This document shows, one piece after another, positions 49,401 through 59,300 of a DNA stretch of 64,000 nucleotides; within the stretch, counting starts at the first letter, position 1; every line of letters begins with the position of its first letter. The notes under the pieces were generated by a model. The model was not told the origin of the DNA and ran no database searches. It was given only the letters and a program-made list of their open reading frames with translations. The position numbers and the translations under genes are program-made. Location of the stretch: contig OZ374561.1 of NCBI GenBank assembly GCA_977862235.1, positions 1,922,001-1,986,000 of the forward strand. The letters are read 5' to 3'. The DNA comes from Dudresnaya verticillata (Eukaryota).

Positions 49401-50597
49401 ATCACGCGTCATTGCTGGCGCCCCACAAACCCAACTTCTCATTGCGGCGCATGTGCGCTTGGGCGTTACGCCGCCCGCCGCGTGTGATCACAGTTATGAT
49501 CCGCGCCGGCAACAAACCCGTTCCAGAATGACGTGCGCGCCACGCCATGTCACGGCAGAAGCCCCGCATCTCTGCTCAAAACCGCCCCGCCCCGCCGTCT
49601 GCCACCGTGCAGCGCGCTCGCTCCGCCGCGACGCAGCCTTAGCACAGTTGGACTCGCGAGCGCACAACGCGAACGCCCCGCCTGCGCAGCCGCGCATTTT
49701 GCCACCGCGCGCGCGCGCAGTCCGCTCGTTGCCGGCCCGCCGTCGCCCGCACCGCCCTCCAACGAGTTACCACTCTCCCGCGCCGCGCGTCTCCTCGCAC
49801 GCGTCCTCTCCCTCCCGCGCTACACACCTACGCACGTGTATCTGCCCGCCGCTGCCAACTGTGACGTGTAGCCCGCGCTTCGCGTCAGTACGCCCCGCCC
49901 GTGCGCGCGAGCCGCGCCCCCATCACGGTTCGACAAGCCCACCTGCCCATGGACGAACAAACCCGTGTTTTTGCGCGCCTGCCTTGCAGATATTGACATC
50001 TTGGCCAGTGCGGGCAGCCCCGCACTGACGAATGTCTGCCGTTCTAATCACCGGGCAGTGCCCGCGCCCTGTCCAACTTTGCGCCAGCGCCATATGCCAG
50101 CAGTAGAAGCCCATGAGTAGGGCGTCTGACCCTCACCCTGACATGGCCTTGTTTTCGCAATAGTCCCTGGTCGTTGTCACCAGGATTGCCACAACTCTCG
50201 AACTCACAAACATCACCCCCTTGGTGAACGGCTCGTCGCTTGAAACGCTATACTCCTCGTTTACAGCCTTTCCTGACGCGTTGTGTCCTAACGTCTTGAG
50301 CTCTCCATCTGCTTCGAGCTTGGATATATAAGTCACATGCTTGGGGGCTATCAATGCCTGACCCCGGCTCCCAACGACAAGACTTCATCTAAGAATCAGA
50401 GTTCCTGAACACCAACAGCTTGGAGCCAAAGCTAGTTTTAGTTCTTCTCGTTCATCTCGCCTTCAACAATTCCTGAGGGTTCGACAATCACTTCCGTTCC
50501 GTACCATCTGCTACTACCTGCAAGCTTCAAAAGTGCTCTCAAGAGCCTTTGGAAAAAAACCTTCACACCGTTTCGTAGGCCTTCCAAGAACAACAAA

Positions 50598-50705
50598 ATG
50601 TCCCAGCATTCCGGCTCGAAGCCAAAGAACGGTTCTAAGGGGGATAAGAAAGTCAAGGCGCCGAAACCGAAAGGCGAGAAAATTGCGCCAGCCGCACGGC
50701 GATAA
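50598..50705 (+). CDS. Micro-ORF C (35 aa), putative small-peptide family member
   Basis: Hand-translated MSQHSGSKPKNGSKGDKKVKAPKPKGEKIAPAARR*, below the ORF-track cutoff. caaaATG context; TATATAA at 50325-50331. Confidence 0.5.
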   Translation: MSQHSGSKPKNGSKGDKKVKAPKPKGEKIAPAARR

Positions 50706-51016
50706 GAATCGAGTAACTTCGCATGGTCTCTGCCCGAAGCGAGGGTACTCTAAAGAACCATGGACTGTCTAACACAATTTTGGAACAAGCTTTAAAGGGT
50801 GACTCGAGCAGAGCGCCTGGTAAGTTTCAAGAGCACAAGGGTGATTGAAAATGGAGAAGACTTCATAGCAGTCAGCGACTGTTGCTTTACATTTGCCCCG
50901 TCTATCGACATCGCAGCCCGTATTATCCGTAGGTCCTTGGGATAACTGATGAATAAAGGCTGTCTCAAAATTTCCAGATGATCTCGGCAACTCGGCACGG
51001 TTTGTTGCTACATAGT

Positions 51017-53944
51017 TTAGGAGCTGTTCTGTCTCCTTAAGCTTGCCTTATAAATATTGACAACAGTCTGGCCAAGAGCTCCTATCGGGAGCACATATGT
51101 GGCCCCACCATGGCCCCTAGCCCCCATTTTCTTCGCCTCCATAGCCCTGGTTGCGTTTTCCCAATTTGGTATCGGACTGAATTGGGATGCAGCGGCATTC
51201 TTGTACACAGCAGCCACACGATGAAAGTCAGACAAAAGGACTCTTCCTGGATTCCTGAAATCCAAGTCGAGAGCATATGGTCGCTTCTGGTCCTTGAACT
51301 GAATCATCAGTCTGGCTCGGAGAACTGAAAAGAATTTCACCCTGCTGTTGGCGGGTGCCTTCGACAAGATGTAGCTCAGTAGTACTGCGGCGGGAATGGA
51401 CAACTCGAGCATCTGTGACAGCGATTGCCCGATATCTTTATCTGATGCTTGCAGTACCTCTTCCATTAAGGGGATAAGGTGATCAGACAAAGTTGGTGAG
51501 TGGGGCTTCGCCTCAATCTTGATTCGGCTGCCTCCGCAAACCCCAATAGACAGCAATGTCTTCTGGACCCGAACCTGTATGCTTGATGGAAGTCTTCGCT
51601 CGAGACTGTATAGCTTGGTTTGCGGAGACAGGGCCTTAAGCATGGTCGCTAGAGTCCCAGCCCTGCGAAAGTCCTGGCTAAATGTACCCAAGACATTCCG
51701 TGTGAAAGTAGGGTAAGTAAATGTTAATAGTCGCCTTGAGGAAGTGTACGAAACGACTTGTCCAAGCACATAGTCTTGGTCGAAAATGTCAGTAGTCAGA
51801 GTTAGTTGCATTTGCCATGCATCGTTGTTCATCAGGCGAAGAGCAGCGCTTGCTACATCCAGAGGCGTTTTCTTCATTTTCAGTCGAGAGAAGTGAGGAG
51901 AACGCAGCGAATAGTCACAGTCCAGAGCAAGCGCGAGGCCTTTCTCCTCAAGCCGCCGCAGAATGTTGTCTCGACGCATGCGGACTATCACAGCATGGCG
52001 GATTTCCGCCCAATCGGCCATCTGGTTTGCTGAACACTGTAGAGGATGTACCCACGCCGGAATCTGTACTCCTTCAGGTCGTCGACCTTCCATAAACGCG
52101 ACCCCGGATGGCGATAGCGAGAATTGCATCGGGAGCGATCTCGCCCTCTTTGACGGCGTGGATTCCGGCTTGACAAGGACTTTGTCATCTTCGGTCGCAA
52201 CGGAAAGGAGCGTGAGAAACCGCTCTGGCTGCCCATTATCAACAGGCATTAGTGGGGGCCTTACACGTTTCCCGCTGGCTGTCTTCTCGGGCGCTGTTAC
52301 AGTGTCAATTCCAGGAGGCCACCTCGGGATGGCTCCAGCCCCAATGGCATAGCCCTTCTGCAGTGCGGCTCGATTTCGAACAGCCCCAAAGGCGTTGCAA
52401 ACAATTGGAATAACGATCTTCTTCATATCTGTTAACCCTTTCGGAAAAAAGCGCTCCCCATTCCACATATTTCGACGAAGATCTTCAGCGATAGAATCAT
52501 GTCCCTGTGAAGCTAGCCGCGCAATCCCATGCAAGTGCAGTGAAAACCCCCCGGACCTTGAAGAGCATCGGAATCTAACTGCTACTCCATGACCCTCGAA
52601 ACTGAATGCAAGATGCGTGCACCAAGAGCCCGACTTGACAACGCGTGCGGAAACTCGATCAGGGCACTCCGGGATGCACAGGTCTTTCAAACGCTCCAGC
52701 TCATGTGCAGCACGTATTCTGCAGGTCTCAAGCAGCGCGGCTTCCACGTTGACGCTTCCGAGCGATAACGCAGATGGCAGGCCTTTTCGTTTCAGGCTGG
52801 GCTTGTGCTCAACATGAAGAATAGTACCGTCCCAAGTTTCCAAGCTCTCTTGGCTTCGCATGATGATAGAGAACGTAGCCTTCATATGCGACTTTCCCCA
52901 GTATACTATTTGCACGGGACGGTCGTCTGCTGCTTCTGATCCCACGCCCGATAAGGAAACACCCATCGACTTCCAGACACCGTGCTTTAAAAACGCCAAC
53001 GCTTGAGAACGCGCGACGTCCAAAGCAAGTTTACCAGCAACTTCGTAGCTCATCATCTTAATCAAACTGTGTAAGGCATTCGGTAAACGTTTGTCGTTGC
53101 TTCCGGACTCGAATGCATCCCTCGTCTCGAAGGCCATGCGAGCCTCTGCCTCCATCCTAAGGCGTTCCCTATGAGGGCCCAAGCGGAACGACCCTTCCTC
53201 GTCACGAAACGGGTTGCGGAACACCCCCGGCGTGTCAGGATGGCCATCGACAATAACGTCGTAATGCAGTAGTTTAAAGAACGCCGCCTCAGGCTTCAAG
53301 GTATCAAGGACGACATCACAAGTCCAAGCATCGGGAATACCAATGCGAGTAGAAGCGTCTTGAGACTCTCGTCCGCTACTCATGATTACAACTCCAGATG
53401 GCAATGCGGATGATACCACATGCCTTGTAATGGCACGCAATCGCGGGACTGCTTCCGCAGTCACTTCGGCAGACGAAGCGAGGGAGTCTTTTTCCGTATC
53501 GCGCAGGGCGTGGACATCGGAACTGACATCAAGACCAACCCAAGTCTCAATCACGCGCGGCATCCGGGCGAAAAAGGCGGAGGCCCCCAGGACCTCAGAG
53601 GCCTGGCAAAGGGCAGGGGAAAAGGCGGCCGCGCCTTTGACAAACTGCGAAACGGACCAGAGAATATCTGCATTGTCCTGCATGGCGCCGCGGCGATGCA
53701 GGGAACAATTTCGGGCTACTTGCGCGGTACCATGGAAGGCGGAATAGGACATGAACCATCGCACAGCAACGAGAAGACGCGCGAAGCGGTGACGTATCTT
53801 GAGCAAAGCTTCCAAGAGCTTCGCGCGACGATCTTCAGGGTCGAGCTCGGACAAAGAGTCTAGCAACGCATGGACCTCCTTGTAGGTGTTCTGCACGACA
53901 TCGTGCGTCAGGCGAGAAAGCGTCACTTCTTGAGCCATAGCCAT
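51017..53944 (-). CDS. MED14: Mediator subunit MED14-like
   Basis: 975-aa ORF. The N-terminus VTLSRL..VVQNTYKEVHALLDSL..EDRRAKLL..RHRFARLLVAVRW resembles the MED14 N-terminal domain. Confidence 0.75.
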   Translation of the reverse strand: MAMAQEVTLSRLTHDVVQNTYKEVHALLDSLSELDPEDRRAKLLEALLKIRHRFARLLVAVRWFMSYSAFHGTAQVARNCSLHRRGAMQDNADILWSVSQFVKGAAAFSPALCQASEVLGASAFFARMPRVIETWVGLDVSSDVHALRDTEKDSLASSAEVTAEAVPRLRAITRHVVSSALPSGVVIMSSGRESQDASTRIGIPDAWTCDVVLDTLKPEAAFFKLLHYDVIVDGHPDTPGVFRNPFRDEEGSFRLGPHRERLRMEAEARMAFETRDAFESGSNDKRLPNALHSLIKMMSYEVAGKLALDVARSQALAFLKHGVWKSMGVSLSGVGSEAADDRPVQIVYWGKSHMKATFSIIMRSQESLETWDGTILHVEHKPSLKRKGLPSALSLGSVNVEAALLETCRIRAAHELERLKDLCIPECPDRVSARVVKSGSWCTHLAFSFEGHGVAVRFRCSSRSGGFSLHLHGIARLASQGHDSIAEDLRRNMWNGERFFPKGLTDMKKIVIPIVCNAFGAVRNRAALQKGYAIGAGAIPRWPPGIDTVTAPEKTASGKRVRPPLMPVDNGQPERFLTLLSVATEDDKVLVKPESTPSKRARSLPMQFSLSPSGVAFMEGRRPEGVQIPAWVHPLQCSANQMADWAEIRHAVIVRMRRDNILRRLEEKGLALALDCDYSLRSPHFSRLKMKKTPLDVASAALRLMNNDAWQMQLTLTTDIFDQDYVLGQVVSYTSSRRLLTFTYPTFTRNVLGTFSQDFRRAGTLATMLKALSPQTKLYSLERRLPSSIQVRVQKTLLSIGVCGGSRIKIEAKPHSPTLSDHLIPLMEEVLQASDKDIGQSLSQMLELSIPAAVLLSYILSKAPANSRVKFFSVLRARLMIQFKDQKRPYALDLDFRNPGRVLLSDFHRVAAVYKNAAASQFSPIPNWENATRAMEAKKMGARGHGGATYVLPIGALGQTVVNIYKASLRRQNSS

Positions 53945-54951
53945 GCTTGCAGCACGCTTTCCGAGATTGCGAAAGGAAGGGGGAATTCAGGGCGAGGGAA
54001 GACAGATCCCTGAGCGTGGTTGATGCGGAGTAAGAGCAAAGCCGAAGTGTAGTCGCAGGGAGCGCGCTGCGCGCCCAGTGACCAGTGCTGAAGTAGAACA
54101 ATGCTCATGTGCCCAAAAACTTCATGCCGTGCGCACCGTCGCCGGCAGCAAAATAGGTTGGGCGGGCGCGCGCTGTGGCGCGAAAAAGAAATGGTCGGCG
54201 GGAATGAGAGTCGCTGAACCCGACACAACGCGACGAGCAAACTTTGCAAGGTGTGGGGGCGGGAGGGGCAATGGGACAAGATGAGAGCGTAAAAAAAGGA
54301 AGTCGGCAACGGGGGAGAAAATGATCCCCTCTGCACAGCGCATCTTCAAGTTTTGCAGATTCAAATTTTGAGTTCCAACACTCTTCCGCTCAACGGCAAT
54401 GCGCCCGACTGGTCCACAGTCCGGCTGAGCGCGATTGCACACAGCGCCAGCGATCCACAACGCGGTTGGGCAGGCACGGCAGCCATGTTTTTTCTTTCAA
54501 TTTTTTTTTGCCCGCCTCACTGAGCTTGATCCGAATCACCGACGGCTCGAAGATCCATTTGAGAAGGGCGATGAATTGTATCATAGAGCTGGACATCACC
54601 AGCAAGATCGGTCTCACGGTGACCTTTCGGAAAAAATATCCGAACTCGCAACGAGCCTATCTCCGAGGAGAGGGTTTGTTTGCTCCACACAGGGCCAATC
54701 ACGTTTTGAGCTTGCAATTGCACCTCGGAGAGGCACCTTTCCTCAAAAAGATCTCATCCAACCGACCACTCTTTCTGGGCTTCCTCAGCTGGTGAAGCTC
54801 CCGAGGGCGCGTGAGTGAAGAAACCGTTTCCTCGCCCTTCTCTTAAGTATCAATTCTTCTCAACCTCCCTCCCTCCCTCCTGAGCTTCCCACCCTCAACC
54901 TCCTAAGCCTCACTTTTCCGTTTCCCACTTCTCTTCCTCACTTCTCTCATC

Positions 54952-55551
54952 ATGTTTGCATTCGTTGGATCCTTCGCGGCTTTCCGGCCGTCCTTCACCG
55001 GCAGCGCCCTCACCTCTCCGCGAGTTGCCCCGCGCAGCAATGTTACGATGGTCCAGAGCCAGGCTGTTCCGTTCTTGGAGGCCCCGTCCAAGTTGGACGG
55101 CTCTCGTGTAGGTGATGTTGGCTTCGACCCGCTCTACCTGTCCGACTACATCAACCTGGACTATGCTGCCGCCGCTGAGCTCAAGAATGGACGCGTTGCT
55201 ATGCTTGCATGCCTTGGTATGCTCGTCCAGGAGTTGGTCCACCTCCCGAACTCCATGTTCGCTGAGTCGAACCCTCTCAAGGCCATCTACGCTGTTCCCG
55301 TTGAGGGTTGGGTTCAGATCATCACTGTCATCTGCGTAATTGAACTCGCTTCTTTCAAGCGCACGTACGAGAAGGGAGGTGACCTCGGTTTCGACCCACT
55401 CGGCATGGGCAAGGGTTCCAACGTCCAGGAACTCAAGCTCAAGGAGCTCAAGAATGGCCGACTTGCAATGCTTGCGAGCATGGGCTTCATCATGCAGACG
55501 ATGGTTACGGGTAAGCCGATACTTGCCCAGCTCACCTCTCTTGGCCAGTAG
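54952..55551 (+). CDS. Light-harvesting chlorophyll a-binding protein (Lhcr-type)
   Basis: MFAFV transit peptide, GDVGFDPL, ELKNGRVAMLA, GFDPLG, ELKNGRLAMLA. Confidence 0.96.
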   Translation: MFAFVGSFAAFRPSFTGSALTSPRVAPRSNVTMVQSQAVPFLEAPSKLDGSRVGDVGFDPLYLSDYINLDYAAAAELKNGRVAMLACLGMLVQELVHLPNSMFAESNPLKAIYAVPVEGWVQIITVICVIELASFKRTYEKGGDLGFDPLGMGKGSNVQELKLKELKNGRLAMLASMGFIMQTMVTGKPILAQLTSLGQ

Positions 55552-55799
55552 GTCTCTGTAACTTTCCTCAAGTTTTGTGCTCTTTGATCTCTAAGCAATA
55601 GTCGCTTCCCGCTGTGTTTTCTTTAGAGGGCAGCTCTATACAGCGTCTTAGCTTCGTTCATTGGACAAACGCCTACTGTACTTTGGCCATCGTAAACAGT
55701 TTTTCTGTTCGAAGTTCTTTAAGTTTGTGTTGTGCACGAATACGTCCCGAACACCCCCTAGCCCTGTACCAAAGAATGTATTTCTTCCAATAGCCAGTC

Positions 55800-57374
55800 T
55801 TATGAGTCCTTCACCCAACCCGGTAATGCCTTTCTCTGGCCACCCCGTACTACTCTAGTCTTTGTACCTCGAATCCAGTGCGCAGAAGTAGACTTCTTTC
55901 GCAATTCTGCGAGCTGGGCTGATAGTGAGACGCTGCGAACGAGGGCGTCTACAGACTTCCGACTACGCTGGGTGTCAAACATTAGTTCGTTCGGGTGATG
56001 GAGCTTCACGTATTCCTTCAATTCGCTCAGCATTTTTCTAATGCTTGAAGTCCACGCCTTGTGCAGTCTTGAAACATAATCCTTACCAGAACCGATCTCC
56101 TTCTCTAGTCTAGTTAAGTATAGGACGGTCACAGACTCCACGTCAATGATGTATCCAACAGGTGACATCTTTTGCGTTGTTGCAGTGCACCACTGCATAA
56201 CATTGATAAACTCTCGTAGAACAACGCAATGTTCAGCGTACTTGTCGTCCTTGGGGACGGAGTCTAAGGCCTTCACAAGAGGCGTCAACTCGTGTTGTAC
56301 CGACATCAGTAGCATTCGCAAGGCAGGTTCTACGTCTTTCTGCGGACGCGTGCGATTGGAAGCCGTTTCGACAACTTTGGCCATTTCCTCATACGCACCC
56401 AACGTCAGCTGACTGAGCTCCTTGGGCTTGCCGCCGAGCTCTCTTGAGACGAGGATAAACTCAGTAAGGCCACTATGCATAAGACGATAAAAGTCGCCGA
56501 TAGGGTGTGAATCCTTTCTCAAGTTACGTTGCGCTCTTCGGTAGCCCAGGGGTGTTGCTCCCGCAGCATAGTTCCACCTCAGACCAGCAGGGTGCTCCTT
56601 TTCCACATACTTATCCAGGGCCTCCATGATAGCCTTCAATGATTCGGCAAAATCACTGTGAATGGGATTGCATCCCAGGTCAATGTAGCGCGACAAAATG
56701 TCTTCCGCCAGGGTACCTACAATCGCGCGGTAGTCCCTTGTGTGTTTCAACGAAGCTGGAGCTACTACCCAACCAAGCGCAGCGGCAGAATCAGCAAGTG
56801 CCATTGCATGGTTATGCAGGGGACTTCGCACGTCAACATCATACTTCAAATCGGCAACATCTGCGCTGGCATCGACAAGTTCCTCGCACTCTTTCTTTAG
56901 CACGGCTGGGTCGGACGGTTTCGCCATACGGGAGGCCTTGGACACGAGCTTCGCTTCAGCACGAATGCTTGTCTCAAACAGAGTAGCTTGTTCTAGCACA
57001 GTTGCAGCTGCAGGACCGAACTCTCCCGACAACTTCCCAATCTCAGCAGCAGCTTTCTTGAGTTGCTTCAAAGGAGGTTCTAGTTGTTTTTGAAAGAGCT
57101 CGCCAGGGTCATAGTCAATAATCTTCGCCTGGATGTGAGAGCGTCCAGATGTGGCTACTCTTGGCAAGGAGTCGGCAATGTTCTCGATGCGTACAACGGT
57201 AGAGTCGATCGCATTGAAGAGGGCGCGGTCTGTGCGGAATACACGCGGTGCGGGTAGTGGTGGTAGCTCTCCACCATCGAGGCGATGATGGATGGCGAAC
57301 AGTTCAAGCGCTCGGATCTTGCGCTCGACGGTTTCCAGGGCAACGTTGGCGTCGAGCATGCCCACTACGGCCAT
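55800..57374 (-). CDS. Cyclase-associated protein N-terminal half (N-CAP) with two tandem helical-folded domains
   Basis: RLE-like coiled coil (VERKIRALE, VVRIENIAD). HFD1: NHAMAL..AAALGWV...YVEKEHPAGLRWN. HFD2: GDFYRLMHSGLTEFILVSRELGG...HKAW...ELKEYVKLHHPNEL. No polyPro, WH2 or CARP before the stop. Confidence 0.8.
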   Translation of the reverse strand: MAVVGMLDANVALETVERKIRALELFAIHHRLDGGELPPLPAPRVFRTDRALFNAIDSTVVRIENIADSLPRVATSGRSHIQAKIIDYDPGELFQKQLEPPLKQLKKAAAEIGKLSGEFGPAAATVLEQATLFETSIRAEAKLVSKASRMAKPSDPAVLKKECEELVDASADVADLKYDVDVRSPLHNHAMALADSAAALGWVVAPASLKHTRDYRAIVGTLAEDILSRYIDLGCNPIHSDFAESLKAIMEALDKYVEKEHPAGLRWNYAAGATPLGYRRAQRNLRKDSHPIGDFYRLMHSGLTEFILVSRELGGKPKELSQLTLGAYEEMAKVVETASNRTRPQKDVEPALRMLLMSVQHELTPLVKALDSVPKDDKYAEHCVVLREFINVMQWCTATTQKMSPVGYIIDVESVTVLYLTRLEKEIGSGKDYVSRLHKAWTSSIRKMLSELKEYVKLHHPNELMFDTQRSRKSVDALVRSVSLSAQLAELRKKSTSAHWIRGTKTRVVRGGQRKALPGWVKDS

Positions 57375-58053
57375 CGGTGATGCTCTTGGTGGCGACTTTA
57401 CTATATGACGAGCAGTTGAGGATACGGAAGATGCTTGGAATGCTTTCGACCGAGATGGGAAAAAGCGCAAACCGTTTCAACGGCAGAGCAGAAGCGGGAA
57501 GGTTTCGACGCTCGACGCTTGAGAACTTCCCAAAGGAGCTCTTCCCTTGGATCCACGTGGCTGTGACGCAAGCGGTCTGGACTCGACTCTGGAGTGGCTT
57601 GGAGCCGACTTGCACTGGGCCGCCGGGAAAGCCACTCTATCCTTCGGGGCTTGCGGCGTCTGACAGCAGTGCTCCAGAACGGACCGATCGTGAATGAATT
57701 GAGCCCGACTGGGTCCGGCTCCCAGCAGATCTTGACCATTGCTTTTGGTAGAAATATCGCAGATTCTAGATATAAACTGGCGGGCGTTCGAAATTGACGT
57801 CAGAAGCTGATGTGCGAAGCAATCCCATCGCCGAAACTAGCCAAATCGTCCCCGAATTCGAAGCATTCTGCCCCGCCACTGACGGGCCTCCAGCAAGTCC
57901 AATCGAGCTGATCGTACCTACATAAACGCAGTGTGCACTGTCCCGCGCTTTGCATTCACCCCGGCTCCGATCCAGAGCAGACCTGCATCGCCCACATCCA
58001 AGCACCAGCGCCTCAGTCCCAGCCCCAGCCCCGTCTTTCGCACTCGAAGCTCC

Positions 58054-58062
58054 ATGTCCGCC

Positions 58063-58094
<32 letters not shown>

Positions 58095-58782
58095 GCCGCC
58101 ACCGCCGGCCGATGGCGGTGATGCCGCTGTCGACTCGGCCACCGCTCTCTTTGCTGAGATCAATGCTCTCGGCGAAGGTGGCGTGCGCAGCGGGCTCAAG
58201 AGGGGCGTCCGCGGCCCTGTGAACGACGAGGCCCCCGCCCCGGTCGTCGCCCCGAAGCCCGCCGCCCCGGCGGCTCCGAAGAAGACTCTTGCTAAGGGAA
58301 CGCCGGTGTGCGAGCTGCAGGGTAAGAAGTGGAATGTCGAGAACCAGTTCGACAACAACGCCATTGAAATCCAGGTCGACAGCATGAAGCACACGGTCTA
58401 CGTGTACCGCTGCGAGAAGTCCACAGTCCAGGTCAAGGGGAAGGTCAACTCCATCTCTATCGACAGCTGCAAGAAGGTCGATCTGGTCTTTGAGGACGCT
58501 CTGTCACAGGTGGAGATTGTCAACTCGGACTCCGTCAGAGTGCAGTGCACTGGAACCGCCCCGAGTATCAACATTGATGGTTGCCATAGTGTCACGTACT
58601 ATATGTCGGAGGCCTCTGTCGAGAGTGCCATGGTCATTACCTCGAAGAGCGCTGCTATCAACCTCATCCGTCCCCATCCGGATGACGAAGATGACATTGT
58701 GGAGACCCCGATTCCAGAGCAGTTCTGCACCACCTTCAAGGATGGTGCCTTTGTCACTGCCGCCGTCGAGCATGATGACTAG
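58054..58782 (+). CDS. Cyclase-associated protein C-terminal half (C-CAP: polyPro + WH2 + CARP)
   Basis: Own ATG (tccATGtcc), MSAPPPP..., WH2 ALFAEIN..GLKR, CARP KKWNVENQ, VKGKVNSISIDSCKK, PSINID, TSKS..IN, PIPEQF. TATAAA at 57771. Confidence 0.92.
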
Positions 58783-59080
58783 TCTTTGGCTAGTCAACGA
58801 CATCTCCACACTTGCTAATCAATCTTACTCATCTGTAACTCTCGTAGACTCGAAATCACATTGCTCTCGACGCATGTCACACAATTTCATCTAGGTTCTT
58901 CGGTAAATGTCATTTGACTGCGTCTCATTTGAATGCATTATTCGACAGGAATACGAACACAGAACATGAAGAACGCTTCCTTTTACTCAGCTACGGCTGC
59001 AACAGCGGAGGAAAGCTGTCCATACAAATGTGTGTAGGGCAGCGATGCACGAGTGAGTCGATGAAATGCGCTCCACTTCT

Positions 59081-59130
59081 GCTACCGAAGCAAGGCTTTT
59101 GTCACCGAAGCAAGGCTTTTGCCACCGAAA
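59081..59130. repeat. 20-bp tandem repeat, ~2.5 copies (gYYaccgaagcaaggctttt)
   Basis: Direct reading, between C-CAP and AOX. Confidence 0.8.
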
Positions 59131-59300
59131 CAACGCCAGGGGATGGAGAGAAGGCAAGTAGCGACATCAATCTTGAGAGATCATAGCTTGCAATTGTTTA
59201 TAAACTACAAATATGCTGTTGCTGGAACTCTCAATACTCGTGAGAAAGGCATCCGACCAAACCCACGCCTTGCACGTTCGCTCCGGACTCATCAAAAAGA

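Noticed and set aside
59081..59130. CRISPR-like repeat
   Set aside because: Head-to-tail tandem repeat without spacers; eukaryotic context; no cas genes.
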